A stretch of DNA of 64,000 nt, taken from assembly GCA_020891255.1 (NCBI GenBank), contig BQFW01000006.1, positions 682,001-746,000 of the forward strand. The letters run 5' to 3'. Both the position numbers and the translations under genes were made by a program. The notes under the pieces were generated by a model that was not told the origin of the DNA, made no database searches, and saw nothing but the letters and a program-made list of their open reading frames with translations. This stretch comes from Entomortierella parvispora E1425 (Eukaryota > Fungi > Mortierellomycota). Shown piece by piece: positions 12,911 through 26,486 of this stretch. Each line of letters begins with the position of its first letter. Position 1 is the stretch's first letter.

Positions 12911-15900
12911 ATGCAAAAGACCCAGTCTTTTCGTTCCTTCGGAAAGAAGCACGTCGAGATGATCCCTTGCTGCTATGTCGATGGGCAATATGTCGTCTAC
13001 TGGGAGGACATCCAACAAGTCTTTCCACGAATTGGACGCGTCAAAAATGGCACGATCGCAATCCTTCCCATGAGAGATTCGAATGGAACGAGGTACTACG
13101 ATGTACCCACTATGAGGTATGCATCAGTCAATGAAAAGCGTCCTGAGCATTTGTATCTCACCTCGTAGAATCGTGCCTCATCGTAATTGAGCATTGCCCG
13201 GGCATGGTCCTTGAGATCTTGGACGCTACTCTGTTCAGCACCACTGAGAATGGCCGCAATGCATCAATGTCAGGCCAAAATCATTCTTTCAACAACAATT
13301 CGACCCACCTGTCAAGCCATCCCCACCGCATCTCCTCAGATAAGAGCGAGGTCGCTGAACCTCCACAAGCCACTTCATCATCCCCCATCCAGCGCACGAG
13401 CAATCTCAGAGCAAATCCAAAGAAGCTTCGTCATCTCAGATCAAAGTCTCTGTTCAAACCCGTTGCAATAGTAAAGGCCAAGGGAAGAGCACGAAGATTG
13501 AATGATGTTTATTGATATGAAGTCTGGGGTATTTATACTAAGGAGTGTGGTGGTGGTGGCAATGGTGGCAATGGTGGCAATGGTGGCAATGGTTGTAGTT
13601 GACCCTTTGTTTGTGGCTTTGCTGTGAGTGAAGGCGCTGCACGGTCAGTCTGATTTGACTGTTGCACAATGTCTATTTGTTTGCACCCGTCCATTCAAAG
13701 CAGGCCAGCGCTACGGCAGACCTAGACTCTTCCGTGCCTCTCCATCGTGATGCCTTGAAAAAGTCGATTGTTCAAATCAAAAAAGACATGAAGGTTTTTG
13801 ACAGATGCTGTTATTGCAAGCCATTGCTCAGGAACAATCCTTGATTTCTCAATTGTCCATCCCATCTTGGACAAATACTTTCCTCTGGAGCAGGTGACGG
13901 CCTTGGCCACCCAGCCTTCGCCTGAATTTGAGTGCTTCAACCATAAGCTTGATATGCTTTGCGATCAAGGCCATATCACACAGCTGCTGGTCCAGCAGTC
14001 GCTGGATCGGTTGGTCCTAATCGAGCGCAAGACGGAAGCAATATTGACCCAGAATTACGAACTACTCGAGTTCACCATCCCGAGGCTGTTTATTGTTCTA
14101 CCTGACAAGAAGAGTCCATGGGATTTCAAAAACAAGTTCCGTACAAAGTTCTGCCTGCACTTTATATGTGAGTGTGGCGAACATACCGAGGCACCAGGAA
14201 GCAATGTCCGTCATCGCCCTCATCTAGCCAGACATGAGGGGTACGTTGTTAGCAAGCCAACGGAGCTCTTTGAGAAATATGGGCCGCTGTTGCTTCTAAT
14301 GCTCGAGATGCTCAAGGCGGGAACCAGTGTTGCTGCAAACTTTGTACCTGCATTATCGACTCTTCGGGTCATGGATGGTCTAGATTATGTTCAGTCTACG
14401 ATCGGCACTGCTGCAACCCAACTCATCAAGAGCATTGAGTACTCTTTAGAATGTGTGGAAGAGAGCCGTCCCCAACAGATCAAGACGCTGGATGGCCATG
14501 ATTCGAAGGGATCTTCGAGTGCTGCGCTTCATGATCTTGCTGCATACTTGGCCGATGTCGAAGGGTTGGGGGGCGTTGATTTACGTCAGCTTGGATCGTA
14601 TCTAGCAACGAAGGATGAGGACAATCTGTATGGGAATCTCTACCGCATGACAACTGCTGATGGGCATGTTAAATGGGTCTGCATCGATCACTACGAGGCC
14701 ATTACCCAAGAATACTGGATTCAGAAGCTGCGTGAGGTCGTCTCAGTATCTGGAGGAAAATTTGACGAGCAGTTGGGAAAAATCACTGTGATTTTAGGAT
14801 CCAGCTTGGCCGCGGACGATTTTTTTAACGCCCTTCGCAAAGTCAAAGGTGTTCTCGATCTTGACGTGGAATTGAGTTGGGAACATCAGTATACCGATCT
14901 TCTGAAGCTGAAGAGAGCGGTGTCGAGGTCAGAAATCAAATCAGTGTCAGTGAGATTACGACGACACGGCCACCCCAAGGCTGACCATCATCTCCATGAA
15001 GGACAGCTTTACGACCCCATTTTAGATATTATGTTTCTCTCATCAATTCAGTATTTCGAGTTAAGAGATGCTCCAAAGGATTTCTTCGAAAAGTGTAGCC
15101 CTTTGACAAAGCACGCGGATCTGTCGCATCTCAAACGCCTTAGCATTGGCGCCCGGTGGACTGAGGGCAGGGCTGACAACCACTTTGCCACGGATATCGC
15201 CTTATTCAAGTCATTGGTTTCAAAGGCGCCTAATCTCGCGAGCTTATATTTACGTACCAGTGTGGAGCGATTGCCGGCGGTCTTCAATGCGATTCCGAGA
15301 CATAGGACCTATCAAATCGAGTTCAATTGCAAGGACTTTTTCTTGCAGTTTCTGCCACCCCTGCCAAAACCACGCTTCCGAAAGAACAGCTCTCGGGATC
15401 TGATGCATCTGATGGATCTGTTCGAGATCCATGGCGCGTTACTGAGGAGACTGGAATTTTCCAAGACCAAGCTGGACGAGGCTGTGATAAGCACCATGGT
15501 GGAGGCAACAAAAAACGGCTCAAGCCTGGAGGAACTCGTGGTGGACACCAGAGACTCAAGCGATGGCCACATCAAGAATCTCGCCAAAGTTATTGCACAT
15601 TCGAAACTGAGCAAACTAACAATAGCTCTAAAAAAAGAACAGCATCTCTGTATTTTGGAGTCGGTTCAGTGGGATAGTTCGGGAATGCTGGAAGTGATAG
15701 TTCCATTGGAAATGAAGAAACAGCTGGAGGATATGTCGATAATTCAGCAGAGAGTCCAGATGGGACTAGTTTTCACAGTGAAACGCTTCCTAATCCGCCA
15801 TCCAGGAGTTGGCCCCACAGAGATGATGCAAAAAATATGGGACAGGCCCAAAAGCCTAGTCTCCACTACACAGTGGAATGAAATTGGACTCAGCATCGGC

Positions 15901-15957
15901 CCTCAAAGGCAAATCAGGCTGGGACTGAATACACAAGAACACACTGCTGCAGTCTAG
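12911..15957 (+). CDS. Mortierellaceae-type N-domain/coiled-coil/Roco-C-terminal-like/LRR protein; 5' part apparently frameshifted (possible pseudogene). Main ORF 13798-15957 is open
   Basis: Exon 1 from ATG 12911 (VVYWEDIQQVFP..VKNG...MRDSNG), intron 13093 or 13117 to 13168, then the remnant IVPHR-x-EHCPGMVLE. Core has TIPRLFIVLP, KFCLHFICECG, HEGY, EKYG, LRQLGSYL, GNLYRMTTADGHVKWVC..HY. Degenerate RNI-type LRRs follow. Confidence 0.7.
13555..13593. repeat. (GGTGGCAAT)x4 tandem repeat
   Basis: Directly visible, in the probable intron of the LRR gene. Confidence 0.9.
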
Positions 15958-16161
15958 TGTCTTCAGTGTAGGAACATAGTGAATATATATATTTCTCTTG
16001 TTATGAATTTCACCCGCTGGTAGGGAGGGGTGTTTCCATCGTAGTTTGTCCCCATCTTGAATTATTGCTCCCTTTAACTTCTCTTTCTCCTGCATTTTTT
16101 CCCTCTGTGACGCGGTTCCTTTCTTCCCTCTGTGATGCAGTTCTTTTCTTCCATGCCTCGT

Positions 16162-16263
16162 CTACTCCGATCCGAATCCAACAGTTTCCTCTACAGCCAG
16201 GGTCGGCTTATTGACCAAGACATCATACGATCTATAAGGGAGCAGGGCCAATTCATTTAAAGA
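16162..16263 (-). pseudogene. Degenerate duplicate of the last exon of rsp5
   Basis: Translates F-K-*-I-G-(+1 nt)[27 protein letters not shown], versus the real exon [32 protein letters not shown] (17066-16967). Confidence 0.9.
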
Positions 16264-16966
16264 CAACTATCAGCGTTGATTGCGAATCTAAAAAGATGGA
16301 AGTGCGGGGATAAAAGTTGAGGTCAAGGAATAGGATATAAAATGAACCAAAACAACCAGCTAGCTACCAAAAAGGTATCTAGATGACTTGACGATATTGT
16401 TAAGGACTTGAAAAAAAAAATGAGTGATATGACCGAACGAAAAGAGGTGTAGCAAAAACGTGGAACAAGGAGGAAAAAAGAGGAAGATCGAAAGCGAGAG
16501 AAGTAGCCAAGTTCTTCATGTGCAGCTTTTTTTCGAACGTTCTATAGGCACATTTTGTAGGCATGATTGTCTGTATTTTGCATCTTGACATTCCAACCGT
16601 ACCATTCTGTGCAACTACCTCGGTCGCATTTCATCTTCTTGTTTGTTTGTTTGATTGATGTTGCCACAGTCGTTTTCATTCTCACAGATGTGCCGCTCAT
16701 GGGAACACAGATCGACGCAATACTGAGGGTATCCAGAACACTGTTGGAGGATGGAGCATTCCGACTCACCAGCCTTGAGTGTTAAATTCGAATGCAGAGA
16801 ATGAACATAGATATATATATATTTTTTTCTCTTTGTTATGAAGTTCCGATCGATGAGAGGGAGGCGGGTGTTGCCGTGAAAGGCTTCACCGTTTGGCATT
16901 ATTGTTCTTTTCAACTTCTTGCTCTTTTTTTCTTGCGGCAATACAGTTACTTTGGCTTTGCTTCGT

Positions 16967-20959
<3,993 letters not shown>

Positions 20960-21289
20960 GGTCAGACAGACAGACGAGGCTCGAGAAGGTCAGTCAGACA
21001 GACAGGTAGGCGGTGGCGGGTCGCTGAGGATGAAAAGAAAAAGAGAGTGAGAGTGGGTAGGTGGATGTAAAGAGGACGGGATGGGCAGACCACGAGAAGG
21101 GATGAAGGGATGAAGGGATGAAGGGATGAAGGGACGAAGGGATGGATGAATGGAGATGAGCAATAAAAAAAAAAGAAGACAAAGTCGCGCTACTTTTGTT
21201 CGTTCGTTCTTCCAGGCGCAAAGGAAGGAAAAGGGTCTCTGTTCTCTCTCTCTATCTCTCTATCTCGATGTCTGTCCTTTCTTGCCCCA

Positions 21290-22140
21290 CTGGGAGCCCG
21301 ATGGGAGGACAATCCACGCCACAATTACGTCACCGGACGCAATTGTCGCTAGAATTGTCGAGGATCATGGTGTTGGGTGAGACACACATGGTGCAACAGT
21401 CTAAGTTCTGTCGCCGCTGCGCTTTCTAGAGGATCGCCTTTATCTGGTGTACCTCCTCGCACGCCAATCTCTTGGGTGCCCTGTGGAAGCCATCTTAAAG
21501 GCGTTAAAGCCTGTTCTGCTGTCGCCCGGTCCAGGAGCTTGGTCCATTGCCGCGTCCTTTGCAGAGCAAAGGACACCTGGATCGGTCCGCGATCCCTCCT
21601 TATCGTTCAGCGGATTTTGGTCGATGTCATCCGATGTCATCCGATGCCATCCACGGGTAGCAGCCATGCTCGTCGACAGGCTGCAAGTATAGCGGACGCT
21701 GCTAGCGAAGCAGGTGTCCTGCATGGCATTCACCATATTATGAGCAGCCATTTCATCTCTGTGCAATAGTGTTGCCAGCTTCTTGGATGTATACCTTTCT
21801 TCAATGCCCACCACAATATAGGCCGAGGGACCGTAGCTGATACCATATCGATCATGAAATGCACATTAGATTCTCATTCAAAAGTACCAAGATACTCCAA
21901 AGCGCCAGCTACGGGGTAGTGCACTGACCAATCATATAAAGAGCCAAAAGAAGGCCGTGTAGATCCTCCTACCAACTTCCACAAATGGCCCACAATCACT
22001 AGAAACCCTTCATGAAGTTTCCTGAATCTTCTGAGTTGCGACTGCAGGCTCTGCTCGCTTCTGGTCTTCAGTCCATCTGCGAAACTTGAACATAGGTTGG
22101 TGAATGGCTCTCCGTTTCACAGATATGTTGTGAAAAGTCG
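21290..22140 (-). mobile_element. Fanzor/TnpB-like (IS200/605-related) relic A, decayed, zinc finger deleted
   Basis: Minus-strand fragments across frameshifts and stops: FHNISVKRRAIHQPMFKFRRW (22136-22074), LRSLG-YIVVGIEERYTSKK (RuvC-II), HRDEMAAHNMVN (RuvC-III), GHLLR*QRPLYLQPVDEHGCYPWM. The left boundary is approximate. Confidence 0.8.
21308..21359 (-). ncRNA. Long imperfect hairpin downstream of Fanzor relic A; candidate omegaRNA scaffold part
   Basis: GACAAUUC-uagcg-ACAAUUGCGUC-cggu-GACGUAAUUGU-ggcgu-GGAUUGUC. The non-Watson-Crick pairs are G-U only on the minus (Fanzor-sense) strand. Confidence 0.4.
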
Positions 22141-22579
22141 CTGCGACAGGGCGGGTCCACTAAGGTACGGATGTGGTGGTGCACATTTGCTTTCTTGTAT
22201 TCAAGAAAACCTCCGCGTCGGACTGATCTGGTGGATAAAGAGAATCGATCAAAGTCTCCGCTGATGACAATGGGTACAACAATGGATTGTGGCCACAGCG
22301 CGCGTCACGTCCCATGCGTGGCTGGAGTGCAGCACCTCACGAAACTATCTGGTAATTTTATTCAAGGTAGAGCACCTGCTCTTATTCGCCGAACAGATCA
22401 TCATGACCAACACCCCTGCTCCTTCGCTGTCTTCCTCCGACTACAGTACTTGAAGCTTCAGCTCTTGACCGCTTTCTCCTCTCGATCACATTCATCTCAA
22501 CCACTTCCACTTCCCGACTACTTTTACTACGGGATCACCCTCACCAAAGATCTTTGTTCTCTCCTCCGATTCCATCTTT

Positions 22580-23060
22580 TGCACGAGTACCTTACGTTCA
22601 CAATGTGCCCGACGTGCGTTGCCAAGGGCGTGAAGACCAGGCTCACCAAACTTCAATGCGTGTGTGCGCCTGCGCCGAGTCCAAGCAGTGGATCCAGCGC
22701 GACTTGGTGGGCGCACACAACATCGCCCTGATTGGCGAGCAGTACGTCAAGACTCTCGGACAACCGAGACCCTAGCAAGGCCCCCTCCTATACAAAACTC
22801 AGGAATGGCCATCACACTATCATCTTACAAGCTAGACGGCAATGAAGGTGAAGAAGTGCATGTGAAGAAGGTACTGTGCAATCGTACAATAATCAGAAGC
22901 ACTGTAGAGGACTAGGTTGCTTTCTAGTTGTTTGCGTTTTAACACTTTGTCGCCAACTGTAACCACGGCAAGCCCAATGTCATCGTCGACTAAGAGGCAA
23001 GGTCGCCATCCGTGATGACAATAGAGCCGTGGCACACACTGGCTGTAGCGATTGCTGCGA
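22580..23060 (+). mobile_element. Fanzor/TnpB-like relic B: C-terminal fragment plus putative right-end region
   Basis: HEYLTFTMCPTCVAKGVKTRLTK-(frameshift)-SMRVCACAESKQWIQRDLVGAHNIALIGEQYV. This is RuvC-II E, a CxxC...CxxC zinc finger (last Cys changed to Ser) and the RuvC-III RD...HNI motif. Confidence 0.8.
22963..23032 (+). ncRNA. Nested three-stem hairpin downstream of Fanzor relic B; candidate omegaRNA scaffold part
   Basis: CCACGGC(22963-69)/GCCGTGG(23026-32), TGTCATC(22978-84)/GATGACA(23014-20), CGAC(22987-90)/GTCG(23002-05). Confidence 0.35.
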
Positions 23061-23563
23061 TTGTAAGTAAATATGTATTAAGGCTTGATATCAATTTCTG
23101 GTGCTCACTCTGTCCGTTTTATTATTGTTAGGTCAATAGAGGGGCAAATGTCTCCTTTCCAAGTGCCTTGCCAGACACAAGTGGATATCACTCCCATCTT
23201 TTACACCATACAATCGATCCACCGCATCAGTATCAGAACCAGAAGCTGTCGGGATAATGAAATTGAATAGGTAGGGCATCCACATTGTGTGCTCTTTGGT
23301 GACTTACCGTTGACAGCTCGGGTCATGTCTTGCTCTTAGGGTCTCGATGAGCTGTTTGCTAAACACAATATCCTGCAGCGCACAAAGGAAAGGCCAAGGC
23401 CAAATGAGAAAACCAAAATGAGCGAAATAGTTACCAACAATTTCGTTCAGCACACAGTACTTCGATGAAATGACAGGCGCATTATTGGCCTTACTATTGC
23501 ATCCCTGGTGGTTGAGTCAGCATGTCGCTTTTTATTATGTTTGTTAGTCATCGACATTCTTGT

Positions 23564-24481
23564 CTACTTCTTGCCAAACTTGCTCTGGAGCGCGCCCAGC
23601 TTCTTTGCGCTGTTGGCCTTGTTAGCCGCAATCGCCTTGGCCACGTCTGAGAGGGGTTTGGCGGGTCCTGAGGAGGCCGGTGCTGCGGCTGAGGATCCCT
23701 TTTTGCTTCCCCTCACTTTGCTGTTGGGGTTGGTGCTGCCCTTCTTGGTCACCTTGGCACCGTCCGTCTTGGCCTTCAAGGCCTTGTTCACCTTTCTGTT
23801 CTTGCGCTCCTGTTTCCGATCCACCTCGCCTGTCAATGCTGATGTGAAATCCCGCTTGGCGTCCTGCTCATCCTCCTCATCAGAGTCCAGCTCTTCCTGG
23901 ACGGCTTTTGTGGGCACCTCCGTTCCGTTCTCTAATGCCTCGGCCGCAGCCGCGTCCTCGTCCTCCTTGACCTTCTTCTTGTGTTGTTCCACAATCTGAC
24001 CCCAAGAGGCTCCCACTCCAAGCTTGATTACGCGCTCCAGACGGACCTTGTCCTTGTCCAGCAAGTTTGTCTGACCACGGATGAGGTGAAGAGGGATCTT
24101 TGTCAAAATCTCGGGGACCTAATGGGTGGAAAAGACAAGAGAAGGTATATGTCAGCACGATCCCAAAAGAAGGAAAAAAAAAATCACGCATCGGGTTGAA
24201 GAGCATGCTTCTTTTCTACGCCGCTTTCGCCCTCTAGCACTCTTTTTCGTTCCCTCCTGTCTTTTATACCACCCTTATCGACGGCAAAGTGATTTCCGTT
24301 GTCATACCTCGAAGCACTTGAAATGGTACCACCGGAACTTGGCAAACTTCTTTTTTTCCTTCTCACTGGTACGCTCCATGCGACCGCATCGCAAAGACTT
24401 GTTGGGGATGATCTTGTTGCACTTCAGGCAAGTCGACTTTTGGGACTCGGCGTATTCTACGCAGTATGTGATGACAACCAT
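23564..24481 (-). CDS. PARP-type zinc-finger protein with acidic/lysine-rich C-terminus. Exons 24481-24308, 24118-23564
   Basis: YCVEYAESQKSTCLKCNKII.NKSLRCG...WYHFKCF is the zf-PARP C-x2-C...H-x2-C pattern. The intron is phase 0, GT-AG. Confidence 0.85.
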
Positions 24482-24649
24482 GATGGGTGTAGGGTGTATA
24501 TAGGTTGGGTGGTAATGGAGGGAGGGACTGAATGGAGTTTAGGAGATGCTCAACAATGGTTCCTTTTTTTTCTTTTTTTTTTGTTGTTGTTCTCTGAAAA
24601 GTGACAGTCACAAATCAGAGTCGCAACGATTTATTAGGACTTTTATACC

Positions 24650-25956
24650 CTATCCCTTCATGTTCTCGACAGCATCGACGGCCTCTGTGGCGATCTGGTG
24701 CATAATCTCCTTCTTGGTCATGTCCTTGAGCTTGTGCTGTAATGAGGCCTCGTAAGCAAACGAGATGATGGTATCGTTGATAAAGATGAATTCCGCGGCC
24801 AGCGCACGGATACAGTTGGCCACTCTAGCAATCGCCTCTCTGTCCTGTACCGTAATATCCTCCTTGTTCTTGTTGGAGTAAACCTGCTCTGTATCAATCT
24901 CATCCAAGTTCTGGGGAACGTGAGCACTGACCCAAATATAACCGTTCAATCCCAAGATCAAATCCACGCCGCAAGCCAACGAGTGGAAGTGGGATTTGCA
25001 ACGCTGCACCAATGCGGGGGCCACCTCCAGAAAAGATCCGTTCCTGAGCTTTCCATACTTCAAACTGCGAGTATGGATCGAATAGGCACCATCAGTAAAG
25101 AAGGACTGGACCTCAGCCACAACGAGATCGCCCTCCATGAAAAAGTTGCGCATCTGCAATTCATCCGATTCTTGCTTTCTCCTCTATGGACAATGAAACA
25201 AAAACAGAAAAGGAAGATAAAGGTGGTCAGTGCTGAAATTCTACATCTTTCGTTAAAGCACTTCTACTTCTTGTTTTTTTTTTTTTTTTTGTTCTTTTTC
25301 CGTCTTTCTTTGTCCCTTACTTGAACTCCTCCTGGAAGGTTGACAGAGCTCAACATCAGAATGGCATCACTTCGAGAGTTGAGATCAACCTTCCACCGCT
25401 TTTGGGCAACCTCTGTGATACGTCCCACAACAACATCTCCGATTTCACCGTTGTATCTAAAATAGACGTATGTTTTTCGAAAAACGGATTAGGTATGGGC
25501 TTCCACAGTGATGTATTTTCGTGCGTTTGTTTAAAGCAATGACTGGATCTGTTACCTTGTGTGCAAAGGTCGGACAGAAATTAACTTGTTGACGCGATCC
25601 ACAACACCGGCAACACTGGACAAGACCTTTTCATTCTCGACATATGTTCCGTGACCCCTAAAAGTGAATTGTTTGATACAAAGTCAGTTAGCGTCGTGAG
25701 TTCTATGGAGGAGGCAGATATGGCGATTGATAGCTACGAGATTTTTTTTTTTTTTTTACCTCATGTAGGCCGAATCTGTGGTGATAACCTCTCCTGGCGT
25801 GACAACATGAAGTGTTGCTGAAGTGGACGAGTTCTTGGCGACAGAAGAAATCATCTCATCCAGATCCATATCGTTGTCATTGCTGTGGTTGCCCTTGCTC
25901 TTGGCTTTGCTGTTGCTCGACCGTGGCACAGGTGAATAAAAGGCGATTTCAGACAT
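24650..25956 (-). CDS. RRP4: Exosome cap subunit Rrp4/EXOSC2. Exons 25956-25760, 25657-25556, 25456-25321, 25183-24650
   Basis: VVTPGEVIT....[66 protein letters not shown]. Confidence 0.96.
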
Positions 25957-26486
25957 TGTTGAGAAGAAAGGCGGCTCCTTGAGAAATGAGAATGTGAGCG
26001 AGGATGCAATGCTTGTCTATGAAATGGAATGTTCTCAATGAGCTTTTGTTCCTGTTTGAAGAAGGGAGAATGCCGATGACTTGGGACAGGTGGAAGAATG
26101 AAAGACAAGAACAATGAAGTGAGCGTGGTTGCATGGAAAAGAGGTTTGTCAACAACGGGAAGCCGGTCACAACTACTCAAAGTCTGTATTTCCAGAATAA
26201 AATTATCCATGAAAATAGACGCCTCGAAGGGATTAGAGCACGCCAGGTTGGTGGCAAACCAATCAGGATGCTCCATTGTCCCTGTACCCAATCAGAGCCC
26301 AGCTGACAATGGCTCAACCTTCTCACGTTCTCTCTTTTGTGCATCCCTCCTTCCCTTTGGTCCGCTGCATCTCTCTCATCTTCTTTTCATCCCTGAGCTC
26401 TCATCGCCATCTTTCCCCTTCCTTCCCTCCTTCCTGCATCGTCATCCCACGAATTTATTATCTCCTCTCTCTTTCGATAAAAAAAC

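Noticed and set aside
13555-13593. Regular short repeat as a possible CRISPR-like array; also the repeats at 21104-21135 and 44790-44910
   Set aside because: Head-to-tail tandem units without unique spacers; ordinary mini- or microsatellites.
22140-22580. Spacer between the Fanzor relics as a RuvC-I or transposase remnant
   Set aside because: I found no D-x-G RuvC-I motif, HUH motif or serine-recombinase motif in any frame by eye.
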